31,864 nucleotides of DNA from a virus (Duplodnaviria > Caudoviricetes): the IMG/VR virus record IMGVR_UViG_3300020374_000016, positions 1 to 31,864 of that record. One strand, given 5' to 3'. The notes beneath the pieces were generated by a model. That model did not search any database and had not been told where the DNA came from. It was given only the letters and a program-made list of their open reading frames with translations. Position 1 is the stretch's first letter. Every line of letters begins with the position of its first letter. The translations under genes and the position numbers were made by a program. This document shows, in pieces, positions 1 through 9,816 of the stretch.

Positions 1-1
1 G

Positions 2-409
2 GAGTTGAAGCAGATCGCGCAGGAAGAAAACGAGTATTGGGAACCTGACATGATGCTGATCGAGGCCAAGGCGAGTGGTACACCGTTGGCTGACGAGATG
101 AGGTTACTGAACCTCCCTGTTCTCACCTTCGCACCGGGGCGGAAAAGGGGCGGGGGTGGTCTCGACAAGATGACCCGTATGCATATGGCCTCGCCTATAT
201 TCGAATCAGGAAAAGTTTGGTATCCTGCTGGAGAAAAGTTCGCCGAAGAGGTTATTGAAGAGGTTGCCTCTTTCCCGAATGGTGACCACGATGACTTTTG
301 TGATAGTATGACAATGGCCTTGATGCGGTTTCGTCAGGGTGGTTTTATTACGTTACAGGGTGAAGAGCTAGAAGACATGCTCCCCGGCAGAAAACGCGAG
401 TATTATTGA
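2..409 (+). CDS. terL: Terminase large subunit, C-terminal RNase H-like nuclease domain (5' partial)
   Basis: ORF is open from the window edge. Motifs LIEAKASG, DKMTR, FESGKVW and FPNGDHDDFCDS are typical of terminase nuclease domains. Lies upstream of the portal. Confidence 0.9.
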   Translation, partial: ELKQIAQEENEYWEPDMMLIEAKASGTPLADEMRLLNLPVLTFAPGRKRGGGGLDKMTRMHMASPIFESGKVWYPAGEKFAEEVIEEVASFPNGDHDDFCDSMTMALMRFRQGGFITLQGEELEDMLPGRKREYY

Positions 410-3400
410 TGGTAGCTACCCCACAACCCAACCCTCGTCGTCGTCCGATGATCCTTCCTACTCCACCGCCTCCGGGCCGTGGTGCGGGAATCATGACTCT
501 TCCGCAACGCAAGCCGACGGCTGTTGAGCGTAAAATGGCGAATCGGCTTTCGGTTGTCGAACAATTTCAGAACAGACGGCCAATGAATGAAGTATTGGCG
601 GAAGGTCGGGATGTATTAGAGGGTCTTGGCACGGGTGCGATTGCAGGTCTTGCCGGGTTACCGGCGGATTTGACAGGGATTATTTTTGGTGACGTACCGG
701 CGGTTATAAACAAGCTGGTTACTGGCGAGACGATCAATCAGGAAGAGTCCCCGTATTTTCAACAGTTAAACGAGTTTCGCAGGACGTATGGTGCGGAAGG
801 CATCATGCGGTTGATGGGTGTTGGCGACAGGTTGGATGCACCAGCGGAGGGTGACGATGCGTTGTCTCGTGCGGGGATAAATCGCTTCAAGCAGTCCGCA
901 TTTGTTGGCGAATTTCTTCTTGATCCGTTTGCACTTGCGAAGGCCCCCAAGGCATTAAAAGCGTTACGACTTCCCTCTGATTCGGAGGTTGCGGCGTACG
1001 ACCGGCAGCTTGCTGGTGCACAGGCTGACGCGCAGCAGCGCATGGGCACTGACGAAGAAATGCTAGAATTTTTTGATGAACTAACCGGCCAAGAGCAGCA
1101 GCGGTTGCAGCTTACGGATCCGAATCGTACGTTAGATGTGCAGCCGGGGCAGACTCAACTTCAAGCCTTGGAAGAGGCCCAGGCTGAAGAAGGTCTTATT
1201 GATTCGGTTGACGATCAGTTTACGTTTGCGCCTAACACGACGCAGGAGTTAATTGACAGCTTGAATGGTCCGGATGTGGTCAGCATCAATCCGGACATAA
1301 TTCCGGGTGGCCCAGCCGGTGGGGACGGTGTAACTGTCTTTAACTATGTTCCTGGGTTGAGTGACGCCGATCTGACTACAGGGACTCGTGCCGAGCGTCC
1401 TTTTAGCTACTACGAGTTTTCGGAGGACATGTTCGATCTCACCGGTCGTCGTATTCCGGAAGGCACTCGTATTGCGTGGCCGGAACAGTTGAGGGACGAC
1501 TTTTTCAGTTTCTTCCATAACAGTCCGCCACGGTCCCAGCCCACGGGTGAGGTTGTTGCTCCGGAGGTCCGTGCTAGTGCGGTGCCCACCCCACCTTCAG
1601 CTACAGCAGCCGAGGAACTTATTGAAGGAACTGCTACCGAGATAGTGTCGGATACTCCGCAGGCTGGGTTCACGGGTGTCGTAGACACGCCGTTGATCCC
1701 GACTAACCGACTCATGCCTGCAACAGCATCGCCGGATACGCAGGTTGCCCGCCACAGTGTGATGACACGCAGCGTGGATCGTCAGGGGGATGTCGTAGAC
1801 TATTCGCCATTTTATCAGCTTATCGACCGCCTGCCGGACAACCGTGCGATGTCGAAGGAAGAAGTCCTTGATTCGTTGCGCGGTGGTTTCGCAGAGAGCG
1901 TGAACAGGGATCGTGAAGGCTCCAAGTTTGTAGAGTTCCTTGAGAAACACGCACCGAACCAGTTGTACCGTGGTCAGGTGATGGCGATGTATCGAGACTA
2001 CACCCCGCAGCTTCGCGTCAAGACTCTTACACAGACTGAACTGGATGAAGCTGCCGCGCAGGGTATTTCTGCTCCTGTTGGTTCTTTGGTTGATTACGGC
2101 CAGAACTCTGTTCCGTCTTCGGCGGGCGGGGAAACAATGCACATTTATCTTAACAACCCGAACTCGACCATTCCGTTCACGGACGGCACCACGGTTCAAA
2201 CGCGGGGTGGCACGGGGTCCGGGTATCAGATGCGTGATGGCTTGGTCGCGGATCATAGTATCGGTGCCTCGGGTGGTCCGGGCACTAGCACTGCGACAGA
2301 GTCAGGTGTTCCGGGTTACTTCGGCCATATTCGTCTGGAAATCATCACGGACGATCAGGGCCGCAAGATTGGTGTTCTTCAGGAGATGCAATCTAACGCG
2401 GCGGTTGCGGAGCGAAAGTTTGCGAAAGGTCAAGATACGAGCTTCAATTTCCTGACCGGCGAGGAGCGTTACAATATTGACGAGCTTCGCAGCACCCCGG
2501 AAGGTCTTGCAATTTTTGATGAGGCAGCAAATTCGCGAGTGTTAGAGCCTGACTTGGCGGCGGCACAGCTTGACACACTTGGTTCGCTTCGTCAGGACGC
2601 CACTGAGAGGATGGGGAACGATCTTCAACTTATCGGCGGTCCAGCGCCGTCGGCAGACGAGACGTTTGAAACTCTTGAGGCGATCTACGACAATGCCCCG
2701 ACGGGTGTGCCTACGGGACTGGATCTTACCGCAGACCTGATTCCAATGCAGCGGGCGGTTGCAAAGCTGGTGACGAGTGATCTGTTGAACCACGCACGTG
2801 GCGCAGGTCGGACAAATAACAGCAGAACGGGTGTTGACACAACTCTTAGGGAGTTCACGATTGGTCACACGGGCGCTACGGAGTTTGGTCCGTCGAGCAA
2901 AAGGGCCATTAATTTAGCAGATCTTCTCAAACAAAAGCATACCTATCAGCGGCACGAAGATCTTCTGGACGCTGAAGATATTGCCACGTTGAACCGAGTA
3001 TTGAAAAAACGAGCTAGTCAGCATGCCACTACAGACTGGTCAACACAGGGCCGTCCTCAATCTGTAACGGATGATGCGGCGGGGCCAATCACTGGCGAGG
3101 ACAGAATAACGCAAATTTATCGAGACATGAATCAGGCGGCGGAGAACGGAGAAGAACCGCTGGACTTTTTGAGTGCTCCGGGGTTGGATCGAGAATTCAA
3201 TGCGGATAATATTATAAAGCACGATCCTGGCCTGTTCGGTTTCCTAACCGAGGCGTTCGATGATGTGCCAATGCAATCAACGCACGAGTCCGTCCCAGCA
3301 ATGGCTGGACGAAACATGCAGCACCGTATCATGAATGACGTGGCCGACGCGCTTGAGGCAGAAGTGCCGACACGCACACCCGAAGATGTCAGCAAGCAGG

Positions 3401-3963
3401 ATATGGACGATTACATCGACGGTTTGGGGGTGTCGGAGGAGCGCAAAGAAGAGTTGATGAGAACCTTTGAGCGGTGGATCACCACCGTTAACAACCCGAA
3501 TGCCCCACAGGCGTACCGCCCTGGCTCTCCTTTCTCTGGCAAAAAGTCAGATGTGTACTTCAATCAGTTTGCCCCGCGTTTGATTTTGGCTGAAGCCCGG
3601 AAGAAGGGACTTGACGGCGTCATCTTCCCGAACTGGGAAGATATGCACGATGTGGGTGGTCGCCCGAGCCGAGAAATTGTGAAGGAGATTTACGACTCAC
3701 ATATCAAAAAAGGTTTGGCACAGGCGGTAGGTTCGGAAAATGTTGTGGAGATACCAACTATCAAAGTTGGTCAAGAAGATTTATTGCACAAACAGACAGG
3801 ACGCCCGCACAGATCTGCTCGTGCTGTTTACTTTGGGGATGGACCGTTGGGCGAAGCCTTTGATGACAAGCTCATCCGCCGTGCGAAGGGTGGCCCCGTA
3901 GACTTACGGCCTAAAAAGCTGGTACACTCCGGCATCGGCGCTATGGCAAGACAGGTGATGTGA
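409..3963 (+). CDS. Large (1184 aa) polyvalent-type protein, probably virion-internal/injected
   Basis: ATG at 409 overlaps the terL stop (TGATG). Acidic low-complexity linkers. Domain-like motifs YSPF..LIDRL, GHIRL...VLQEMQS and LILAEARKKGLDGVIFP...IYD. C-terminal RAKGGPV motif. Confidence 0.55.
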   Translation: MVATPQPNPRRRPMILPTPPPPGRGAGIMTLPQRKPTAVERKMANRLSVVEQFQNRRPMNEVLAEGRDVLEGLGTGAIAGLAGLPADLTGIIFGDVPAVINKLVTGETINQEESPYFQQLNEFRRTYGAEGIMRLMGVGDRLDAPAEGDDALSRAGINRFKQSAFVGEFLLDPFALAKAPKALKALRLPSDSEVAAYDRQLAGAQADAQQRMGTDEEMLEFFDELTGQEQQRLQLTDPNRTLDVQPGQTQLQALEEAQAEEGLIDSVDDQFTFAPNTTQELIDSLNGPDVVSINPDIIPGGPAGGDGVTVFNYVPGLSDADLTTGTRAERPFSYYEFSEDMFDLTGRRIPEGTRIAWPEQLRDDFFSFFHNSPPRSQPTGEVVAPEVRASAVPTPPSATAAEELIEGTATEIVSDTPQAGFTGVVDTPLIPTNRLMPATASPDTQVARHSVMTRSVDRQGDVVDYSPFYQLIDRLPDNRAMSKEEVLDSLRGGFAESVNRDREGSKFVEFLEKHAPNQLYRGQVMAMYRDYTPQLRVKTLTQTELDEAAAQGISAPVGSLVDYGQNSVPSSAGGETMHIYLNNPNSTIPFTDGTTVQTRGGTGSGYQMRDGLVADHSIGASGGPGTSTATESGVPGYFGHIRLEIITDDQGRKIGVLQEMQSNAAVAERKFAKGQDTSFNFLTGEERYNIDELRSTPEGLAIFDEAANSRVLEPDLAAAQLDTLGSLRQDATERMGNDLQLIGGPAPSADETFETLEAIYDNAPTGVPTGLDLTADLIPMQRAVAKLVTSDLLNHARGAGRTNNSRTGVDTTLREFTIGHTGATEFGPSSKRAINLADLLKQKHTYQRHEDLLDAEDIATLNRVLKKRASQHATTDWSTQGRPQSVTDDAAGPITGEDRITQIYRDMNQAAENGEEPLDFLSAPGLDREFNADNIIKHDPGLFGFLTEAFDDVPMQSTHESVPAMAGRNMQHRIMNDVADALEAEVPTRTPEDVSKQDMDDYIDGLGVSEERKEELMRTFERWITTVNNPNAPQAYRPGSPFSGKKSDVYFNQFAPRLILAEARKKGLDGVIFPNWEDMHDVGGRPSREIVKEIYDSHIKKGLAQAVGSENVVEIPTIKVGQEDLLHKQTGRPHRSARAVYFGDGPLGEAFDDKLIRRAKGGPVDLRPKKLVHSGIGAMARQVM

Positions 3964-4211
3964 TGGCAAAAGTAAAAGAAATCGATGACGTGATGATTGC
4001 CAGTCTTCGAAGCCAACAAGAGATGGTAAAAGACTCGTTACGAAAGTTTGGAGGCACTCCAGAAATACGCGAAATTCTTTCTGACAGCCTGTTGAAGATG
4101 GAAGAACAGATACGCGATATTCAAGGTACGACTCGCATGCACAAAAAAGGTGGCATGGTCAAGGGCTTCAGCCCGATTGCTCGTCAGCAGAAGTTCAAGG
4201 GTATATTTTAA
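3963..4211 (+). CDS. Small hypothetical protein with basic HKKGGMV...KFKGIF C-terminus
   Basis: ATG overlaps the previous TGA and AGGTG lies upstream. Its stop overlaps the portal ATG. Confidence 0.7.
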   Translation: MAKVKEIDDVMIASLRSQQEMVKDSLRKFGGTPEIREILSDSLLKMEEQIRDIQGTTRMHKKGGMVKGFSPIARQQKFKGIF

Positions 4212-6595
4212 TGGCACTTCCTCCGCAGATGGTTGATATGGCGATGGGAGCCGGTGGTCCGGCGCCCGAGATGCCTGAAGAGTTGATGATCGAACTTCCC
4301 GAGGAGAACATGCTCCCCGATGGCATTGAGCTTGCCGGCATGGAAGAGGCGGTCGAGGTTCAGGCCGAGATGTACGACCACAACGCAAACCTCGCGGAGA
4401 TTCTTGACGATTCTGTTCTTGGTACGTTGTCCTCCGAGCTTCGTGACAAGGTTGACGATGACAAGGAGTCGCGCGAGGATTGGGAAGAGGCGATTGCCAA
4501 GGGCTTGAAGCTGCTTGGTGTCAACTACGAAGAGCGCAACGAGCCGTTTCTTGGCGCGAGTGGTGTGCATCACCCGCTGCTGAGTGAGGCGGTAACGCAG
4601 TTCCAAGCACAGGCATACAAGGAGATGCTGCCTGCTGGTGGTCCTGTTAAGACACAGGTTCTTGGTGCCCCGACCAAGATTACAGAAGATCAGGCACAGC
4701 GTGTGCAGGACTTCATGAATTATCAGATTACGGAGATCATGGAGGAGTATGACCCGGACACGGATCAGATGCTGTTCTATCTGCCGTTAACTGGTTCGAC
4801 ATTTAAGAAGGTGTATTTCGATCCCGGCAAACAACGGGCTGTTTCAAAGTTTGTTCCGGCAGAGGATTTGATTGTCCCGTATTCTGCAAGTGACTTGAAC
4901 ACTGCCGAGCGTGTCACACATGTAGTACGTATGAGCGAGAACGAACTCCGCAAGTTGCAAGTCGCCGGGGTGTATCGAGACATAGAGATACAGGCTGGAG
5001 ATGAAGATGATGAAAGCTCGATTAGGGAAACTGGTAACGAACTGCAAGGCATCCGCCCATCGTATGGTGACGATGTTCACACGCTACTTGAAATTCACAC
5101 TGAGATTGATCTCGAGGGTTTCGAGGACATTGACGAGGGTGGTGAGCCTACGGGCGTTAAACTCCCTTACATTGTCACTGTGGATGAAGATTCAGGACAG
5201 GTTCTTTCGGTGGTGCGAAACTATCGGCAGGCAGATCCCCTTCGCCGAAAGCGTCAATACTTCACACATTTTAAGTTTCTCCCTGGGTTTGGCTTTTATG
5301 GCTTTGGCCTGTTACATACTATAGGAGGCTTGTCACGTGCAGCGACATCTATCCTCCGTCAGCTTATCGATGCGGGCACTCTTTCGAATCTACCTGCTGG
5401 CTTCAAGGCTCGTGGTGTTCGTATTCGCAATGACGATGAGCCGCTTGCTCCTGGCGAGTTCCGTGATATTGATGCTCCCGGTGGTGACCTTCGGAATGCT
5501 CTTATGCCCCTTCCATACAAGGAACCTTCTGGGACACTTGCTCAACTACTGGGCGTTATCGTCGATTCAGGAAGACGATTTGCCCAAGTCGCCGACGCCA
5601 AGATCGCGGACACTAACGCACAAGCTCCCGTCGGAACCACAGTTGCACTGATCGAGCAGGGATCGAAGATTATCTCCTCGATCCACAAGCGTCTTCACTA
5701 CGGTCAGAAGCAGGAGTTCCGTCTCCTCGCCGAGGTGTTTGCCGACAACCCGATGCCGTACCCGTATTTCGTCGGGCAAAACGTACCGGCAGAAATTATG
5801 CAACAGGATTTTGATGGCCGTGTGGACATCCTGCCTGTGTCGGATCCGTCGATCTTTTCAATGTCGCAGCGTTTGTCGCTGGCACAGACCCAGATGCAGT
5901 TGGCGCAGGCTGCGCCGCAGCTTCACAATCAGTACGAAGCGTATCGGCGCATGTACGATGCGTTGGATGTGAAGAATATTGATGCGATTCTACCACCGCC
6001 ATCACCACCGCAACCTGTAGACCCGGCGACGGAGAACGCAAACGCTGTGAAGGGCATGCCGCTTCAGGCGTTCCCGGACCAAGACCACGAAGCACATATC
6101 ATGACCCACGCTATGTTCTTGTCATCACCAGTTGGAGCAGCTAACCCGCAGGCGTTCATGTTGCTGCTGTCACACGTTCAGGAGCACATTGGTATGCTGG
6201 CACGTGATCAGGTCATGGCGTTCTTCCAAGAAGCTGGCCGACAGGCAATGGCCGCAGGTGAGCCAGTGCCGCAGCTTGCGCCAGATCTTGTCGAGTCCAC
6301 TGTGGCGCAGCAGACTAGCCAGATCATGAAAGAGATTATGCCTATGCTACAGCCTGCACAGCAGCAGGATCCGCTGATAGCTATACGTCAGCAAGAACTG
6401 GAGAACTCGAAGATGGAAGTTGAGCGTAAGATGACGAATGACCAGATGGACTTCCAGATGGATCAGGCCAAGCTGCAACAAGCCTATGAGTTGGCCCAGC
6501 AGCGGCAAGCCTTGCAGGAAGACATTGCGGGCGCACGGAACGATGTCAACGTATACCGCATCAACACACAGGCTGCATTGTCGAGGAACAAATGA
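4211..6595 (+). CDS. Portal protein (794 aa)
   Basis: SREDWE, PFLGASGVHHPLLSEAVTQFQA, GSTFKKVYFD, GFYGFGL and PVGTTVALIEQG motifs. Gln-rich coiled-coil C-terminal barrel as in P22-like portals. Position after the terminase. Confidence 0.9.
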   Translation: MALPPQMVDMAMGAGGPAPEMPEELMIELPEENMLPDGIELAGMEEAVEVQAEMYDHNANLAEILDDSVLGTLSSELRDKVDDDKESREDWEEAIAKGLKLLGVNYEERNEPFLGASGVHHPLLSEAVTQFQAQAYKEMLPAGGPVKTQVLGAPTKITEDQAQRVQDFMNYQITEIMEEYDPDTDQMLFYLPLTGSTFKKVYFDPGKQRAVSKFVPAEDLIVPYSASDLNTAERVTHVVRMSENELRKLQVAGVYRDIEIQAGDEDDESSIRETGNELQGIRPSYGDDVHTLLEIHTEIDLEGFEDIDEGGEPTGVKLPYIVTVDEDSGQVLSVVRNYRQADPLRRKRQYFTHFKFLPGFGFYGFGLLHTIGGLSRAATSILRQLIDAGTLSNLPAGFKARGVRIRNDDEPLAPGEFRDIDAPGGDLRNALMPLPYKEPSGTLAQLLGVIVDSGRRFAQVADAKIADTNAQAPVGTTVALIEQGSKIISSIHKRLHYGQKQEFRLLAEVFADNPMPYPYFVGQNVPAEIMQQDFDGRVDILPVSDPSIFSMSQRLSLAQTQMQLAQAAPQLHNQYEAYRRMYDALDVKNIDAILPPPSPPQPVDPATENANAVKGMPLQAFPDQDHEAHIMTHAMFLSSPVGAANPQAFMLLLSHVQEHIGMLARDQVMAFFQEAGRQAMAAGEPVPQLAPDLVESTVAQQTSQIMKEIMPMLQPAQQQDPLIAIRQQELENSKMEVERKMTNDQMDFQMDQAKLQQAYELAQQRQALQEDIAGARNDVNVYRINTQAALSRNK

Positions 6596-6975
6596 TCCAA
6601 GCATTGATTGGACCTATTGCCTCTCTGGCTGGCACTTGGCTAGAGGGCAAGGTTGAGAAGACCAAGGCCGAGACTGGCGCCAAGGTGGCGCGGGCCAAGG
6701 CCGAGGCTACGATTATGGAGAAGAAAGCTACGGGCGAACTAGACTGGGATCTGGAGATGGCTCGTGGCAGTCAGTCGTCGTGGAAGGACGAGTGGCTCGT
6801 AATTTTGTTCTCGGTGCCCTTGGTGCTTTCATTTATCCCCGGCATGGAGGGAGTGGTTGCAAATGGTTTCGAACAGTTGGGCAAGATGCCGGATTGGTAT
6901 CAATATTCCCTTGGTGTTATTGTTGCTGCTTCTTTTGGCGTACGTTCAGCTACCAAGTTTTTTGGTAAAAAATGA
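6592..6975 (+). CDS. Holin-like membrane protein
   Basis: 127 aa. Amphipathic N-terminus, SWKDEW motif, two hydrophobic segments (LVILFSVPLVLSFIP; YSLGVIVAASFGV) and a basic C-terminus. Confidence 0.6.
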   Translation: MIQALIGPIASLAGTWLEGKVEKTKAETGAKVARAKAEATIMEKKATGELDWDLEMARGSQSSWKDEWLVILFSVPLVLSFIPGMEGVVANGFEQLGKMPDWYQYSLGVIVAASFGVRSATKFFGKK

Positions 6976-7029
6976 TGCCGATGTGGGACATGCACAATCG
7001 TACCACACCGGAGCAAGCGAGGATTAATC

Positions 7030-7239
7030 GTGGCCGAAGTAACAATGGAAAGATTCCTGCGGTGGAAGATACTGCCGCGCCTGATGATGATCATGATGTC
7101 GATCTCGGCGTGGAGAGTGGTGGAGTGGTTCATGACGTTGCCCGACCCTACGCCAGCGCAGGCGGGTCTGGTGAGTGTAGTCACGGGGGCCATGACCGGT
7201 GCATTTGCGGTATGGCTGGGGCACGAGAAGGAGAAGTAG
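7030..7239 (+). CDS. Small 2-TM membrane protein
   Basis: GTG start with GAGGA upstream. Two hydrophobic helices and a charged C-terminus. Abuts the next ATG. Confidence 0.65.
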   Translation: MAEVTMERFLRWKILPRLMMIMMSISAWRVVEWFMTLPDPTPAQAGLVSVVTGAMTGAFAVWLGHEKEK

Positions 7240-7695
7240 ATGGCACGGCCACGGATTAGACAATTTGCCGGTGACTTGGGAATCGAGTATGATGAAGCCA
7301 AGGGTCTTGTCGAAGAAGGTCGTCGTCGTAAGGATGGCGGCTCACAGACGCTGGAGAAAAACATGAAAAAAATGCGTGGCTTTGAAAAAGGCGGCACCAA
7401 GAAGATGACGCGGCCCACACCTCTTTCAGAGTCAGACAAGAGGTATCGGGATTACATGGGTGATCCTGACATCCCAGAAGATTACAAGGACGCCGTTCGA
7501 AAAAACCCGAGCCTAATTGATCCGGATCATCCGATGAACACAGAAGGCCGCAAGCCGAAGAAGAAAATGCCGAAGCCCACGCCGAAGCCGCCGCGCGGTA
7601 AAAGGGGCGAGGTCTACGCAGCCGAAGGAAAGTATATGTCTTGTCGAGGCATGGGTGGTGCGGTTCAAGGTAGTAAGTTTACTGGAGTCAAGTAG
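7240..7695 (+). CDS. Basic hypothetical protein with xxGG motifs (possible internal head protein)
   Basis: AAGGAG RBS. Lys/Pro-rich, with FEKGG and C-terminal RGMGGAVQGSKFTGVK. Confidence 0.7.
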   Translation: MARPRIRQFAGDLGIEYDEAKGLVEEGRRRKDGGSQTLEKNMKKMRGFEKGGTKKMTRPTPLSESDKRYRDYMGDPDIPEDYKDAVRKNPSLIDPDHPMNTEGRKPKKKMPKPTPKPPRGKRGEVYAAEGKYMSCRGMGGAVQGSKFTGVK

Positions 7696-8832
7696 ATGGC
7701 AACGTTCCGCACTGGCGCAGATGGCAGGGCTGTAATTAGCTCCGGGAATAGAGTTGGGGCGAGTGGCCTCACGCCTAACGAGCGCGCAGCGCGCGAAGCG
7801 TCGTACACTTCTTACGAACCTCCGGCGGTGCAAGCAAGCAACCGGAACCGCGACCGAGAGGCTGATTACCAAAATTTTTTACGAGATACTGGGCGCACAG
7901 CCACAAATCCTTACGGCAGCGAGGGTCTTTTTTCTAGAGCCTTTGGTATTTCGCCAGACAAGCTCGACTACAGCGGAATAACTCCTGGCGGAATTGGCAC
8001 TCTTGAACAAGTTAACAGGCTGGCTTTTGATCAGTTTATGAATCCACGAGATGCACGAGGCAATATTCGTGGCATGCTGCGCGAGGGGTCACCTACTCGC
8101 TATGGCCCGGTAGGTTTTGATCCATCACAAGTTAGCGGCATATTCAACCGTCGTTCTGGCTTGACTATATTCCCCGAGGATTATGGTGATCTTGGTAACG
8201 AGCTTGGGGATCTGAGCTTCCTTACTTCTTCGCTTTCATCCCCCGGTGCTGAAGATGCGGATGCACCAGCTACCACTACTTTCTCCGATGTTTTCGAACC
8301 GTTCACGACCGATCCCGATGTTCGTAATCCAGAAAGTTATTTCGCGGGCATAAACACTCGTCCGCAGGAAACACCTGTAACACCCGGTTTTACTAGGCCA
8401 GACGATGCGACCATGCCTAGTGTGGCCGATGTTATCGCAGCGGAGCCGATGGTGACGGAGCCGGGGCCGGAGCAGGTGGTAGCTGGCAGTGTTCTCGTGA
8501 ATCCCGGTGAATCAATTATTCCGGTGCAAGAAACAGAAAATGAGCGGATCATGCGTGAGCGTCAAGAGAAGTTTGATGCAATGATGCGTCGTCGTCAGGA
8601 AGAACACGAAGCGTTTCTCGAGAGGATGAAGTCGTTGGATGAAATCCTTGAAAGAGGGGATACCGTCCTAACACCTGGCGTAAGAGCCGGAGCTACCGAG
8701 CCTCTAGCTTCAAACCTACTAAGTCCACAAAACATACGCGAAGTTTTTCGGATGCCGGGGTCTTCATACTACGATAATCGTCCCTCTCCGATTAACATAA
8801 TACCGGAATCTCTTCTTGCAGGAAGCCGATAA
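7696..8832 (+). CDS. Hypothetical 378-aa protein, largely low-complexity/disordered
   Basis: GGAG RBS and abuts both neighbours. Pro/Gly/Thr-rich with a short charged helix (ERIMRERQEKF...). Confidence 0.65.
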   Translation: MATFRTGADGRAVISSGNRVGASGLTPNERAAREASYTSYEPPAVQASNRNRDREADYQNFLRDTGRTATNPYGSEGLFSRAFGISPDKLDYSGITPGGIGTLEQVNRLAFDQFMNPRDARGNIRGMLREGSPTRYGPVGFDPSQVSGIFNRRSGLTIFPEDYGDLGNELGDLSFLTSSLSSPGAEDADAPATTTFSDVFEPFTTDPDVRNPESYFAGINTRPQETPVTPGFTRPDDATMPSVADVIAAEPMVTEPGPEQVVAGSVLVNPGESIIPVQETENERIMRERQEKFDAMMRRRQEEHEAFLERMKSLDEILERGDTVLTPGVRAGATEPLASNLLSPQNIREVFRMPGSSYYDNRPSPINIIPESLLAGSR

Positions 8833-9200
8833 TGAAAATCGAAATCAAACTAATCCCAGACGGACTCGATCTGGCGAAAGAAATTCAAGACGGCATACCC
8901 ATTGATCGCATGATCGATGCGGATGGTGACGATGGTGCTTGTCCAGTAGCCACGCAAGACCCGCAAGAAAACGAAGACAGCAAGCGCATAGCCATAAAGG
9001 AATTTCAATACGGCGCCGCTATGGACCCGGAACAATCCTGTGGTGTTTGCGCGTACTACAACATCTCGCCCATGATGCAAAAGTGTATGGATGATGACTC
9101 GGGGGATATTGGATATTGCCAGCTTCTCAAGTTCATGTGTGCTGCTAGCAACTCGTGCTCTTCGTTTGAACCCGGCGGGCCGATTACCGAGATTCAATAG
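8832..9200 (+). CDS. Cys-rich acidic protein with HiPIP-like Cys spacing
   Basis: CGVCAYY...GYCQLLKFMCAASNSCSSF resembles the CxxC...C...C pattern of high-potential Fe-S proteins. TAATG coupling. Confidence 0.5.
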   Translation: MKIEIKLIPDGLDLAKEIQDGIPIDRMIDADGDDGACPVATQDPQENEDSKRIAIKEFQYGAAMDPEQSCGVCAYYNISPMMQKCMDDDSGDIGYCQLLKFMCAASNSCSSFEPGGPITEIQ

Positions 9201-9406
9201 TGGACGTTGTAGATTTTTTATCAAGGTATCAGAAAACCTTGCAAACTCGTATTGATGATATTAGCTTGTCAGTAACAAGTGGCAGTGCTTCTGACATGGA
9301 GCACTATCGCGCGATGATAGGTGAGATTCAGGGGATCACCTATGCACTCGAAGAGTTACGCGCCCTGCTAAAAAAGGTAAACTATGACGACGCTTCTAGT
9401 CCCTGA
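9200..9406 (+). CDS. Small helical hypothetical protein
   Basis: GTG overlaps the previous TAG. 68-aa helical hairpin (YRAMIGEIQGI) directly before groES. Confidence 0.7.
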   Translation: MDVVDFLSRYQKTLQTRIDDISLSVTSGSASDMEHYRAMIGEIQGITYALEELRALLKKVNYDDASSP

Positions 9407-9815
9407 CCATATTGTACGGCAGCAGCAAGCCAAGAAAAAAGCTGAAGAAGAAGCCTCCCAGAAGCCCGTAACAGAACGAATCCCGCAGCCCACCGGCTGG
9501 CGCATTCTTGTCATGCCTTATCAAGGCAAGGCCAAGACCGAGGGTGGAGTGTACGTTCCCGATCAAGCCAAGGACCGAGAAGCACGTGCCACTGTTGTGG
9601 CATACGTGGTGAAGGTTGGCCCGCTTGCCTATCAGGATTCGGACAAGTTTGGTCCTGATTCTCAACCTTGGTGCAAAGAGGGCGACTGGGTTTGTATTGG
9701 TCGGTACGCTGGATCGCGCTTTCAGATAGAGGGTGGCGAGGTCCGCATCATCAATGACGACGAAGTCATTGCAACCATCATCGATCCCGATGATATCAAG
9801 ACATACGGAGCCTAG
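9384..9815 (+). CDS. groES: Phage co-chaperonin GroES (Cpn10)
   Basis: PTGWRILV, KTEGGVYVP (mobile loop), VVKVGP, KEGDWV..RYAG and RIINDDEVIA match the Cpn10 pattern. Confidence 0.9.
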   Translation: MTTLLVPDHIVRQQQAKKKAEEEASQKPVTERIPQPTGWRILVMPYQGKAKTEGGVYVPDQAKDREARATVVAYVVKVGPLAYQDSDKFGPDSQPWCKEGDWVCIGRYAGSRFQIEGGEVRIINDDEVIATIIDPDDIKTYGA

Positions 9816-9816
9816 T

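Noticed and set aside
136-160. G-rich tract as a G-quadruplex
   Set aside because: Only three long G runs, and the tract is explained by the PGRKRGGGG coding loop.
6972-7259. 95-aa + strand ORF overlapping the 7030 gene
   Set aside because: The alternative frame 7030-7239 has an RBS, two TM helices and abuts the next gene. A short translated product from 6972/6975 cannot be fully excluded.
9733-9816. Upstream extensions given by the ORF track (9733, 12873, 16705, 25388, 27781, 28260)
   Set aside because: Downstream ATGs have an RBS or stop-start coupling and, in most cases, avoid overlap with the previous gene.
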